NCBI GenBank assembly: GCA_951406725.2
Contig: OX597826.1
Span: 66,774,001 to 66,838,000, forward strand
DNA from: Octopus vulgaris
Lineage: Eukaryota
Direction: 5' to 3'
Length of the DNA: 64,000 nucleotides
Shown here: positions 11,632 through 24,598 of the stretch, piece after piece
Position numbering within the stretch: position 1 is the stretch's first letter
Layout of the letters: each line of letters begins with the position of its first letter
The notes under the pieces: generated by a model
The model's database searches: none
Told to the model about the DNA's origin: nothing
The model's input: the letters and a program-made list of their open reading frames with translations, nothing else
Position numbers and translations under genes: made by a program

Positions 11632-12791
11632 TATGGCTGTCTCAAATTCTACAGTTTATTCATAAAGTGTTTAACGTATCTACTTATTTGAGTTAAGTTA
11701 CGGCTAATGTTTCTCGGATTCACTGTTAACAACATTCTAGTAATTTAATATACGCCACACACACACACACACACAGAATCTTTGCTTTCTGTACCACGAG
11801 TTACCAAAATATATATAGATCGCCAGGGGGTGATAGAATTGTCCACCAGGTCGAAAGATAGTTGGGGTTGACAAGTGTCGATAAAAAAGGTCAGTGGTGG
11901 AGCTATAAAGTTCAGAGACCGAAGAAATTTACTTCTAAATATTTAAAATTAAAATACCCAATGATACAAACATAAAGAAAGAATGATAAAATTGCTACTC
12001 TTTAAAACACCGTGTGGTTTTTTGGCCAGAGGCCTACGTAAACAATTTATCCAAAAAAATAGAAATGACAATTTTATAATTTATATTATAACAATAAATA
12101 AAAGAGTATGGTTGAAATAGCTTTAATCTCTCTCTCTTTCTCTCTCTCTCTCTTTCTCTTTTTACTGCTTTAGTATATTCAACCGTATGACCTACGTCTT
12201 TGATGTGGTTCTTTTGATTTTGAAAGAAAAGTTACAACTAGTATATCAATGTTGATAGGAAATATACGTAATTATTTAACCGATATTTTAAATTAATGAT
12301 CCGCATTTGTTCGCTTTCATAGCAAGTATTCTTATCAAAATATTGGGTCTACAGACACACACACAAAGAAAACAACTACAATAAATGTTTAAAATTTCGT
12401 AATAAATATATATATAAAAAACTTCCTTTTAAAGTGAATTTTTGCTTCAAGAAATAAATTTCACAAAACTATCTATATTATCTCCGACCGTTCAAATATC
12501 ACTAATTACTACGCGCGAACTTGTAGTCGTGTATGCATATATGTGTAAATATAAACACATATATACTAATGATATTGTTTCAAGAGATGGGGTGGGGGTC
12601 AAATTTTCCTATGAAGCACAAGCGCTGGTTGCACTGTACTTCTTTTTATTGCTATCAGTCAACTAGTTAGCTAATTAACTAATTAATTGTTGCATCAATC
12701 ATTTAATAAATCAATTAGCTGCCTTGTCAGAGTCATTTCGTCCTTTCACATCAAGAAAATTTCAAAAGAAATATAATAACACTATTAGTAC

Positions 12792-12908
<117 letters not shown>

Positions 12909-13177
12909 CATACACACACACATATATATATATTCTCTTGTATATATTGTTTGTATAGATGTTTATCGAAAGGTTCAATAGATTAATACGTTTAAGCCTA
13001 GATCGATGACATAGTATTAATGTATAAAATAATAGGTTATTCGTTATTCATACTAACATTCACGCAAACACACAGAGAAACACACACATGTGGCTCATTT
13101 GAATGGAATATGCATCTTGTAATTCATGATTCACGTCGTTGCATATACGGGCGTGTGTATAAACATATATTAATGAT

Positions 13178-13390
13178 TTCAAGTTTTTGGTACAAGGCCA
13201 GCAAATTCGGGGTAGGGGCAAGTCGATTACATCGACCCCCAGTGTTCAAATGGTACTTATTTCATCTATTGCGGAAAAATGAAAGCCAAGGTCGACCTCG
13301 GCGGAATTTGAACTCAGAACATAAAAGGCAGTCTTAATGCTGCTAAACATTTTGCCCGGCGTGCTTAGGATTTTGCCAGTTCAGTTCGCC
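13178..13390 (-). mobile_element. SINE A (diverged)
   Basis: GGTCGACCTCGGCGGAATTTGAACTCAGAAC core. Confidence 0.85.
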
Positions 13391-13456
<66 letters not shown>

Positions 13457-13738
13457 CACACAGACACACACACACACACACAGACACGCACATTGGTACC
13501 ACATTCATCCCAATTATTTTACTAAAAAAAAAATTATTCGTAAGTATACGGTGTTGATTACACACTTTCCTTTGTGTCGATTATACTATATCACACACAC
13601 ACACACAAACACACACACACATACACATTGCTCTATGCATGAACTAGATTTAATATTTATTGTAAAACAGTCAGTGAATATATTTTGCCATTGCTTAGTA
13701 TCGTATATTCATGTACACGAAATACGTGGTCACGATCG

Positions 13739-13773
<35 letters not shown>

Positions 13774-13838
13774 TTATACATCATTGCTCGGTGATTCCAA
13801 TAGAGTCAAAACGTGGAATATAAATTTCCTTATTACAG

Positions 13839-13878
13839 GCTTCACGCACCTTTAGGTATAGACGAGTCTGTCCAACCA
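13839..13878 (+). other. Candidate 40-nt exon
   Basis: Acceptor TTTCCTTATTACAG and consensus donor CA|GTAAGT in unique sequence; two frames are open (ASRTFRYRRVCPT or LHAPLGIDESVQP). Confidence 0.25.
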
Positions 13879-14298
13879 GTAAGTCATCTCGCAACCAAAG
13901 TTCTATTATTCTACCACATTTATTACTTCTTATAAGCAGTGTGTGCCTTTGTGCATGAAGAGCTAAGGAAATCAACCTTCAAGACCCTCAGATGTTAGTG
14001 AGTGGAAATAAATGAATCCATAATATAAATTCATTTCGTAATATTCTACATGATTTAGTCTTTGTAAATGAAAACTGCAAATGTTCTCCATAAACACAGA
14101 ATCCATACCGAATGTCCATAAAGAGTCTCCATACAGAATCCTTGCAACTGTGAACTGAAGCTAAGGAAATCTATGAAAACGTTTACCGTCCCCACATTGT
14201 TCTGTTTTATATAAATGAGCACATCTATGGAGATTGAAATTCGAAAAAGTCAGCCCTTCCCCCGCAGACTTAGAAGGTGTATGGAATAAGGTATATTA

Positions 14299-14469
14299 GG
14301 CGCAGGAGTGGCTGTGTGGTAAGTAGCTTGTTTACCAACCACATGGTCTCGGGTTCAGTCCCACTGCGTGGCACCTTGGGCAAGTGTCTTCTACTATAGC
14401 CTCGGGTCGACCAAAGCCTTGTGAGTGGATTTGGTAGACGGAAACTGAAAGAAGCCCGTCGTATATATG

Positions 14470-14502
<33 letters not shown>

Positions 14503-14714
14503 TTGTGTGTCTGTGTTTGTCCCCCTAGCATTGCTTGACAACCGATGCTGGTGTGTTTATGTCCCCGTCACTTAGCGGTTCGGCAAAAGAGACCGATAGA
14601 ATAAGTACTGGGCTTACAAAAGAATAAGTCACGGGGTCGAGTTGCTCGATTAAAGGCGGTGCTCCAGCATGGCCGCAGTCAAATGACTGACACAAGTAAA
14701 AGAGTAAAAGAGTA
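14299..14714 (+). mobile_element. SINE family B, full length (CORE-like CTTGGGCAAGT motif, internal TA/TG microsatellite)
   Basis: GGCGCAGGAGTGGCTGTGTGGTAAG head, GGGTTCAGTCCC B box and (GTAAAAGA)n tail. Confidence 0.95.
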
Positions 14715-14827
14715 TGCAAAATTGGGTAGTATATATATCCATGCATACATACATACCTACATACATATGTACATTAAAAGGGAGTATGGAGCGAGTAACA
14801 TTTTATTACGTAATACAACAATTGCTG

Positions 14828-14996
14828 CAAGCGTGGCTGAGTGGTTAGAAGCTTGCTTCCTAACCACATGGATCCGGGTTTAGTGCCAGTCCATAACAAC
14901 TTGGGTCAGTATACCCTCCGGTCGATCAAAACTACCACAGCCTCCGGTCAATCAAAACTATGTGAGTGGATGTGGCAGATGGAAATCGAAAAAGAA
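14828..14996 (+). mobile_element. SINE B 5' half (diverged, with a local duplication)
   Basis: GTGGCTGAGTGGTTAGAAGCTTGC head; CCTCCGGTC(G/A)ATCAAAACTA occurs twice. Confidence 0.75.
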
Positions 14997-15249
14997 GCGA
15001 AGAATTAGTTACCATTGATGAGCTTTAATTTTAAGCGAAACTGCACCAGTATGTAGATCTCGCTCGCTGTGGGGCAGTTATCTCTCCTCTCAGTACACAG
15101 ACATGTGCTTTTTTGCTGCTCTAAGGGTTTTATTTCTAGCAATGTATGTACTACTCTGCACCGTCAGTTACAATTAGTGACAATTGAATTTTTCCTTGTT
15201 GGTTTTATATTGTGTATAGCCGCCTTCGTTATGCTATATATATATATAT

Positions 15250-15295
<46 letters not shown>

Positions 15296-15318
15296 TTGCA
15301 TGTATACACACACACGCA

Positions 15319-15378
<60 letters not shown>

Positions 15379-15435
15379 CATATTTATACAGTAAGGTTAG
15401 TAAGGAGAGACACAAATAAGAAAGAAGAAAACAAA

Positions 15436-15480
15436 GGACCACTGATGCGGTCACAGGAGTGTGACGAAAGAACTCTGGCC
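15436..15480 (+). ncRNA. Minimal type I hammerhead-ribozyme-like motif
   Basis: CCA-CTGATGCG-GTCACA ggag TGTGAC-GAAA-G aa C-TC-TGG: stem I CCA/TGG, 6-bp stem II, CUC cleavage triplet. The core deviates at A9. Confidence 0.65.
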
Positions 15481-15607
15481 GAAATAAGATTAAGATTAAT
15501 GTAAAAAATAAATAACAATGAAGCAAAATAACACCAAATATATAGTGCATGTGTTTTTATTGGCTAAACTGGCAATATGACCATTCCGAAATATAAAAAT
15601 ACATATT

Positions 15608-15676
<69 letters not shown>

Positions 15677-15770
15677 ATATATATGTGTGTGTGTGTGTGT
15701 GTGATATGTGCATGTCTGTGATACCTTTATACTTGCATTCCCAATTTACCCACATTAAGACATTTTATAG

Positions 15771-16215
15771 AAGTGGTTATCAACCGGTGTTTATATATAT
15801 ATATGATTTTGCTCATAGATTTTATAAAAGATTTTGGTTATACTTCTAACAATCCACTAAGTATTTAAACAATTTTTGAAATACAATTCCTAATTTTACT
15901 GGTTTAAAATTTTGGAACAAGGCCAGCAATTTGGAGTAGAGGTTAAGTCGATTACATCGAACCCAGTGGTACATATTTTATCGAAAGGCAAAGTCAATCT
16001 CGGCGGCATTTGAACCCAGAACGTAATGACGGACGAAAGAGCCCTAAGCATTTTACATGGCGTGTTAACAATTCTGCCAGCTCGCTGCTTTACAGTTCCT
16101 AAAAATATTTAATAGTAAACATATAATAAGATTTATTAAAACACAGGTGATGGGGAGGTGGACTACAATAGGTATAAAAAAGATTCCATTGGCAAAAAAT
16201 AGTTGAGAAACACTG
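15771..16215. mobile_element. hAT (Charlie/MER5-like) MITE containing a SINE A (about 15901-16089, minus strand)
   Basis: Termini AAGTGGTTATCAACC and AGTTGAGAAACACTG resemble CAGTGGTTCTCAACC TIRs; 8-bp flanks TTTTATAG and TTTTAAAC. Confidence 0.55.
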
Positions 16216-16566
16216 TTTTAAACACAGAATCAGAAATCACGGCAATGGACATAGTGACCTACATACTCAACTTCCAAATTCTCGCCCGAATATTCATATT
16301 ACTGCTAACAATCATTAGCCTCATATCTCTTTCTCTGACAATTTTATTCACCTAAACCGTATTTTATCATCTCCGAACGTTGTTTTATTTAACCTCGTAC
16401 GATAACCTGTGTGATTTTATTTTCTTTCAGTAGATTCTGGCACTTTATTTAATTTTATTATCGACTACACTGTGCGTAGTGAGTTTTATTTTGCGTGTTA
16501 GTTGTCCTTGCATGCGCGCTAACATCTCGCTGTGAATGTATATGTTTGTATGTGTGTGTGTGTGTG

Positions 16567-16608
<42 letters not shown>

Positions 16609-16638
16609 TACACATACACACACATCTCTCTCTCTCTC

Positions 16639-16674
<36 letters not shown>

Positions 16675-16675
<1 letters not shown>

Positions 16676-17067
16676 TAGCAGTATCTCCCGGCGTTGCTCG
16701 GGTTTGTAAGGGAAATAACTATAAAGTATTTTTAGAGAGTTATAGCCAAAAAATAGCAAAAAATGCATTAAAAATGGAAAAAATATGATGGTGAATTTTT
16801 TTAAATTGTTGACTCATCGTAGACATTTTTAGAGAGTTACTTCCCTTATATTAAAAAAAATATGCATTAAAATGGAAAAAAATGATGGTAAATTATTTTT
16901 TAAAATCGTAGACTCATCGTAGACGCGCGCTAATACCCAGAAGGGCTCGATATGAATCACGACTATAAGATACCCGCTTTTGGTTAAACTGCACCGCAAA
17001 ATGTGGAAGTAGTTAGGAATCTAAATCGGAGTAGACAGACACACAACCTTACTTTTATATATAAAGA
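16675..17067 (-). mobile_element. Complete non-autonomous Helitron (393 bp)
   Basis: Minus strand A|TCTTTATATATAAAAG ... CCCGAGCAACGCCGGG hairpin (16687-16702) ... CTAG|T. Inserted between A and T within (TA)n, with no TSD. Confidence 0.92.
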
Positions 17068-17204
17068 TATATATATATATACACACACACAAAAAAAAAA
17101 CATACGTATGTGCACACATATATATACACATACACTCATACACAGAAACAAATATATGGTAAATGAAAAACAGAAGAAGGAGTATACGAGAATTTTTATC
17201 ATTA

Positions 17205-17319
17205 ATCACAACAATTGTTTCGGTACATCCAGCATCGATCCCTCACGGATGGGACACTTAACAAACTTAACAACTGGTTCGGGAGTATCCGGCGGTGCAT
17301 TTGTGTCTCATCGGGTGAT
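17205..17319 (-). ncRNA. Hammerhead-like motif with long stem II insert
   Basis: ATCAC-CCGATGA-(about 86 nt)-GAAACAATTGT-T-GTGAT: 5-bp stem I, palindromic stem III ACAATTGT, U4-to-C core variant. Confidence 0.6.
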
Positions 17320-17777
17320 AAATAGAAATAACTTGTTAAAATAACAATTCCGCAATATATCTTCTCATTTCGTAGAAAGAAAAGATGCAAAACGAATGAA
17401 ATACCTTATTTTATATAGAAGATCAAAAATAAAATCACAAATGCAAACATGAGACGAACACGCAATACAGCGACAAAAGTATCGAAAATAACCGTTGACA
17501 GATATGGATGTATAAAACCCCTCGCGTATATTGCATGGTGCGTGCGCACTCGCTCATACAAGCATCTGCGAAAATGATAACATACGAGTACGTGTGGTTT
17601 GGTGTACACACGATCACAAAGCGAGTTAAATAAATACTTGGCATTTATAAGAATGGGGAGATTAAAGCTAAATTTAATTCATCTATACTGCTCTCTCTCT
17701 CTCTCCCTCTCTCTCTCTATATATATATATATAATTATATATGTATGTATGTATGTATATATATATATATACATTAT

Positions 17778-18013
17778 CTCCCCTACTCCCTAGCTCTCCT
17801 GCGTGACCCTTCTGTCCACCCTTCGCCATCATAGATCGCTAGCCACTACACATTCTTTATTTTCTCTCCTTGTTTCTTTTTGTGTTCCTTTCTGTGGAAG
17901 AGCGTAAGCCCGAAACGTTAAAGACTTTTTCACTTCCCGAGCGTTATACTAATACATCTGTTTGTTGTCTACACTACTTGTCGTCGTCTTTTGTTTTCTT
18001 CGTGAATTCTCCC

Positions 18014-18015
<2 letters not shown>
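17778..18015 (+). mobile_element. Penelope-like terminal fragment with mini-hammerhead at 17888-17923
   Basis: CTTT-CTGTGGA-A-GAGC gtaa GCCC-GAAACGT-T-AAAG. Same family as 40395-40580; flanked by (TA)n. Confidence 0.65.
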
Positions 18016-18067
<52 letters not shown>

Positions 18068-19115
18068 CTTATCTAACAGGTAATACTCCGTAACACTGAG
18101 TTTCATTTCACGGAATAATCTGTAGATGTGGAAAGAAAACGTGTAGAGAAATGGTTACGGCAATGATTTGAAACGACCATAGTTACTTCCGGTTACACTG
18201 TTACAGTTCTGTTTATGGAAAAAGGTTTGCTACATGTGTGAACTGGAAATATATGTTTGATAGCAGATCCTTGTACTTCGAAAGAACCTATCTTTTCTTA
18301 GGAAATGGGATTTGATATTAGAGACATTTGAAGTTAAGTCTGCTTCATAAGGTGGAAATAAAGGTTACATGAAGGTATAGGTTAAAGAAACTACTGAGGT
18401 AAATGATTTCTCACCTTGAGGATATAGAAACGGAAATTGAGATTGTCGTTTATATGAGAGATGTTAAATTTAAAGGGGTTAAGGAGAATGTATAAGAGCT
18501 CGTGGCCAAAATATCTGTGGCAATCTATTCAGTTATGTGGTTGTATATGTTTCTAGTTTCAGAAGATACTTTCCAAAGTGACAGCATTTAGTGAAGTTCT
18601 ATGATCTGACACTTAAATAAATCTGAAAATTTATATATTCCAATACACATAAGTTTCAATAAATGTGCGGTTGCACGAACTCTTGTGAATATTAGGCTTT
18701 TCTTTCATCAGATAATTATTTAGGACGTCGTTCGGTAATATGAAACGCATAATTATTAATTATTAGCAGTAAGACATGATATTTTAATAAATGTTTAAAC
18801 TTTACTATAAACATAAAGTAGTCTTGTTTCGTTTGGAGTTACGACTGTAATAAAGTATGTGTGTGTATGTGTATGTGTGTGTGTGAGTGGTTGTTTGTGT
18901 ATGTGTGTGTATGGATGTATATTTATATAAGTATACATATGCATGTAAATATGTATTTCTGCGTACACATAGAGGCATGTTTACACACATTTTCACACCT
19001 ATACACGCGAACAAACAGATGGATGCCTACGTATACAGATATAGACTCACACACATACGAATATACATCTATACATACACGTACACAGACATGCACGTAC
19101 ACACATAGACACACA

Positions 19116-19157
<42 letters not shown>

Positions 19158-19379
19158 TAGTGCGTGTGTGTCTGTATAATGTAATGTCGGAGATAATTAG
19201 TTTAAGAGATAAACTGTGGTGTTTAAAACGAGCGTGTGCATTGTGTGAGAAAAGGCGGTAAAGTATTTGAGTTGTTTAATAGCAGCTGAGGAAACTCGGT
19301 TTTCTTAATATTCGTTGGTCAGACAACAGAAAATTCACACTCGCATGTTGCACTTAAAAACACACGGCTCCCTTTAACG

Positions 19380-19662
19380 TCTCTCCCCTTCTCTCTCTCT
19401 CTTTCTCCGTGTCTGACTTTCTCTTTCTTCAGATCAAACCATGAATACCTATCCGGTTGCCTCTCTCTTTCTCTGTCCCTCTATTTATTGCTGTTCCTCT
19501 TTACTCTCTTTCTCTCTTTCTTTGTTCCTCTCTATCTTTATTCCTCTCTATCTTCGTTTCTCCATTCCTCTTCCCTTGTTTGTTTCTTTCTTTCTTTCGC
19601 TTTCTCTTTCTGGTTTTCTTCCTCTCTTAGTCTTTCTCCTCCAGTTCTTCAACCACACACAC

Positions 19663-19693
<31 letters not shown>

Positions 19694-19996
19694 TTATACA
19701 CCCTCTTTCTCTCTTTCTTCCTCTCTTGCCCTGTCTCTCCTTCCCTCTCTCTGTTTCTCTACCTCTACCTCTACCCCTCTTTCTCATAATCTCCCCAGAC
19801 TCTCTCTCTCTCTCTCTACGCTTCTCAAAACCTACTTCAGATGGCTTTATCTCCTCCCACCTTTCCTATCTCTCTCAGTCTCTCCCTCTCCCTTTCACTC
19901 TCATTTCATCTCACACTTCGCCACATCTCACTCTCTCCCTCTCCTTTTCTCATTTTTCCAACGTGTCTTTATGTCTCTACTACATCTCTCTCTCTC

Positions 19997-20027
<31 letters not shown>

Positions 20028-20076
20028 CCCATTTCTTTCTCCGTGTCTCTCTGTCTCTCTCTATTTCTATTCCTTC
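19380..20076. repeat. Polypyrimidine/polypurine (CT-rich) low-complexity tract, about 700 bp
   Basis: Seen directly. Confidence 0.9.
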
Positions 20077-20379
20077 GCTGTTATACTGATACGTTATACT
20101 GATATAAGTCTTTGAAAGAAAAGACCGTGTGAAAAGAAGTCGTGTATCTCAGTATACGGCCAGGCCCCTTCGCACACCCGTATCGATATACGTTCACACC
20201 CATCAACATTGACACGACATATGCGCATTGATACGAATACATACATGCACACATAAATACATACATACACATACGTATACACATGCAAAAACACATGCAC
20301 ACACACACACATATATATATATATACATGTATATGTGCATATATATATATGTGTGTATATATATATGTATATATAAATA

Positions 20380-20432
<53 letters not shown>

Positions 20433-20656
20433 GTATATGCACGCACACACACATATACATGTATATGTATATAACTATATCTACATGTCTGCGTGTATAT
20501 ACACCTATACCTATGTATATATACATGTGCGTGTGTGTGTATATATATATAGGTATACATACTTATATGCATTTATACATACATAAAAACATATATGTAT
20601 AAACATGTGTGTTTGTGCATATCCATCCATACATACATGCACACACACGCACACAC

Positions 20657-20705
<49 letters not shown>

Positions 20706-21113
20706 CACACGCACATATATATATATATATATATATGCTAGACACAAGTATTTCGCATACACACTTATGTATAAGCAATTGTGCGCGTTTGTATTTGTAT
20801 GTATAGTGTGTATGAGAATGTCTGTGTTTGCATGTGTGTATGTGTGTGTGTGTTTGCGCACGCGCCCAGTTGTATCCAGTCAACTGGTTGTTGGCCACGC
20901 TGGGGCATGCCCTTTTCAGGTTACAATATCGCGTGTAATGCATTTTACAGAGTTGGATATGACTTGGCAATTTCACAATTTGACAGCTTTTATTTCTTCG
21001 TAAAGGTACACACAGAAGTTAATGTGCATGCACTTATACACACAGCAGCAAACGTATACGCCTGTAAACCAATATGGCGTGATTTGGTGTGAAATTAAAT
21101 ATACGTACATACA

Positions 21114-21146
<33 letters not shown>

Positions 21147-21419
21147 GTGTGTGTTTATATATATATATATATGGATACACACACATACTTATATACATAT
21201 ACATAGATATATATATATATATATGTATATATGTATATAAGTTTATATATGCATATATGTAAATACATATGTATATATAAGATATATATGTATAAATATG
21301 TATACATATATACATACATATATATATATAAATATATATATATGTGTGTGTGTGTGTGTGTATGTACAAAGAGAGTAAGAAAGAGAGAAAGAGAAAGAAA
21401 GAGTGAAGGACAGACACGC

Positions 21420-21796
<377 letters not shown>

Positions 21797-22068
21797 CTGA
21801 GAGGTTGGTAGATAGATATATGTGTTCAGACGTACACATATAACTTATTAGTCGTGAAACTACTTTGATTTTGCTGCTCCGTGTTTCCCGCCAAACACAT
21901 GCTTATGTATTATATGCACACGTCTACGTCTATGTTTAATCACACATGCGTGTGTGCATGTTCTTCTCGTCCTCTTTTGACTTTTAGAATAAATTTTAAC
22001 CGGCCACCAGCTTGGTAGCAAGTGTGTGAATGAAAGCTTTTTCGTTTTAGCTATCATACTTTCAATCT

Positions 22069-22664
22069 CGAGCGGCAGAAACGTTAGCACGCCGGGGGAA
22101 ATACTTAGCGGTATTTCGTCTGCCGTTACGTTCTGCGTTCAAATTCCGCCGAGGTCGACTTTACCTTTCATCCTTTCGGGGTCGATAAATTAAGTATCAG
22201 TTACGCACTGGAGTCGATATAATTGACTTAATCCGTTTGTCTGTCCTTGTTTGTCCTCTCTGTGTTTAGCCCCTTGTGAGTAGTAAAGAAATAGGTATTT
22301 CGTCTGCCGCTACGTCCTGAGTTCAAATTCCGCCGAGGTCGACTTTACCTTTCATACTTTCGGGGTCGATTAAATAAGTACCAGTTACGCACTGGGGTCG
22401 ATACAATCGACTTAATCCGTTTGTCTGTCCTTGTTTGTCCTCTCTGTGTTTAGCGCCTTGTGGGTAGTAAAGAAATAGGTATTTCATCTGTCTCTACGTT
22501 CTGAGTTCAAATACTGCCGAGGTCGATTTTACCTTTCATACTTTCGGGGTCGATTAAATAAGTATCAGTTACGCACTGGGGTCGATGTAATCGACTTAAT
22601 CCGTTTGTCTGTCCTTCTTTGTCCTCTCTGCGTTTATCCCTCTGTGGGCAATAAAGAAATAAAT
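22069..22664 (+). mobile_element. SINE A trimer (one head, three body+long-tail units, 184-bp period)
   Basis: AAAGAAATA|GGTATTTC junctions at 22293/22294 and 22477/22478. Confidence 0.95.
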
Positions 22665-22779
22665 CTTCAGAAGTTCTTGCAGACTTTTGTTCTTCCTGTT
22701 ATAGTGCTCATCTTTAGCGTATGAATTAAGGATTTGCATTCTCTCCCCAAGACGTATGTATTCTGTATGTATACGTGTA

Positions 22780-22833
<54 letters not shown>

Positions 22834-23612
22834 AGGAGAGAGATGTGAAAGTGCTCGATGTCTTCCTGACCAATACATGAGACAAGATAATTCCAACCCT
22901 TTCTTTTTTCTTCTTCTCCCTATTTTCCAACCAATTATCTGCTGTTTCTACAGAGAGGTTCTACAAATGCCAACAAAATGTAGTAACGAACGGTTTTCGT
23001 TTGATATAAATAAAAGACACTTGAGTGACAATGGATAAATGAAAAGAAATTTTGTGAGACATATGGCAGTTCGATTTGAAGGAAAAAAAAAGGAGTCGAA
23101 GCAATTAATTATTGAATTTGAAACAAAAGGCAATAATTGATACAAAGTCCTTCTAATGACATACGCAAGGGTGAGATTTTGAGAGAAAGCATTTAAGTGA
23201 TAAAAAGTGGATGGTGAGAGACAGGTGTAGGAAATTTATAAAATTTGTTTACACAGCTTTTCAAAAACTTCTCAAATAAAATTCAAATTCAAGTGGGAGA
23301 TTTTCACATTCTTCAAGAATATAAAACCAATCTGTCGGAAGAATAAAGTTATTCAAAATATATTTCGATGTCTGCATTTCAATTTCCTAAATTAATTCGC
23401 AGCTTGAATTTAGCAGATTAAAGAGAAGAATGGGGATTAACATAATTTTCAGTCGTGCATAAATTACAAACAAAAAAATAAATAAATAAAATAAAATAAA
23501 ATAAAATATGCTTTTGAGAAGTTGGTTATTGATCTATCAATTTTAAAGACTTAGCAACTGTAAATTCGGCGCCTGATAGATAATGATTGTTTCATCCTCC
23601 AGATTCCTAATA

Positions 23613-24015
23613 TATTCTTTTCTATTCTAGGAACAAAGCCCGAAATTTTGGGAGAGGGGGCAAGTCGATTAGATCGACCCGAGTACGCAACTGGTACTCA
23701 ATTTATCGACCTCAAAAGGATGAAAGGCAAAGTCGACCTCAGCGGAATTTGAACTAAGAACGTAAAGACGGACGAAATACCTATTTCTTTACTACCCACA
23801 AGGGGCTAAACACCGAGAGGACAAACAAGGACAGACAAACGGATTAAGTTGATTATATCGACCCCAGTGCGCAACTGGTACTTATTTAATCGACCCAGAA
23901 AGGATGAAAGGCAAAGTCGACCTCGGCGGAATTTGAACTCAGACGGACGAAAGACAGACGAAATACCGCTAAGCATTATTGCCCGGCATGCTAACGTTTC
24001 TGCCAGCTCACCGCC
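23613..24015 (-). mobile_element. SINE A dimer (long-tail unit followed by short-tail unit)
   Basis: Junction at 23781/23782; probable 16-bp TSD AGA(T/C)TC(C/T)TAATATATT at 23601-23616 and 24018-24033. Confidence 0.92.
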
Positions 24016-24168
24016 TAAGACTCTTAATATATTGTAATACCGTTTCTCAGCCTTTCTGAAAAGATAGTTGCGTAAAATGTTTCTTCTTTTGGAATCATGT
24101 TTCCTAAATCCTCCGTTTATTTCGCACGGAGATCCCTGGCAAATTATACTCTGCACCACGCCTTCATT

Positions 24169-24561
24169 GTTGGAAGCACTCCGTCGGTTACGACGACGAG
24201 GGTTCCGGTTTATCCGATGAAATCAACGGAACAGCCTGCTCGTGAAATTAACGTGTAAGTGGCTGAGCACTCCACAGACACGTGTACTCTTAACGTAGTT
24301 CTCGGGGATATTCAGCGTGACACAGAGAGTGACAAGGCCGGCCCTTTGAAATACAGGTACAACAGAAACAGGAAGTAAGAGTGAGAGAAAGTTGTGGTGA
24401 AAGAGTACAGCAGGGATCACCACCATCCCCTGCCGGAGCAGCCTCGTGGAGCTTTAGGTGTTTTCGCTCAATAAACACTCACAACGCCCGGTCTGGGAAT
24501 CGAAACCGCGATCCTATGACCGTGAGTCCGCTGCCCTAACCACTGGGCCATTGCGCCTCCA
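24169..24561 (-). mobile_element. SINE family C, full length
   Basis: Head TGGAGGCGCAATGGCCCAGTGGTTAG...GGTTTCGATTCC; perfect 12-bp TSD CACGCCTTCATT at 24157-24168 and 24562-24573. Confidence 0.93.
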
Positions 24562-24598
24562 CACGCCTTCATTAAACCCTTTATTAACAACGCCTTCA

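Noticed and set aside
19441-20115. Longest ORF (224 aa, Leu/Ser/Phe-rich, membrane-like)
   Set aside because: Artefact of the CT-rich tract; an overlapping frame is equally open.
22945-23400. Degenerate transposase-like sequence (also 56690-57300)
   Set aside because: No diagnostic motif series could be read by eye.
24490-24561. tRNA genes (also 9565-9640, 45925-45990, 62612-62684)
   Set aside because: These have A and B boxes but no complete cloverleaf or terminator, and they continue into repeat bodies; they are SINE heads.
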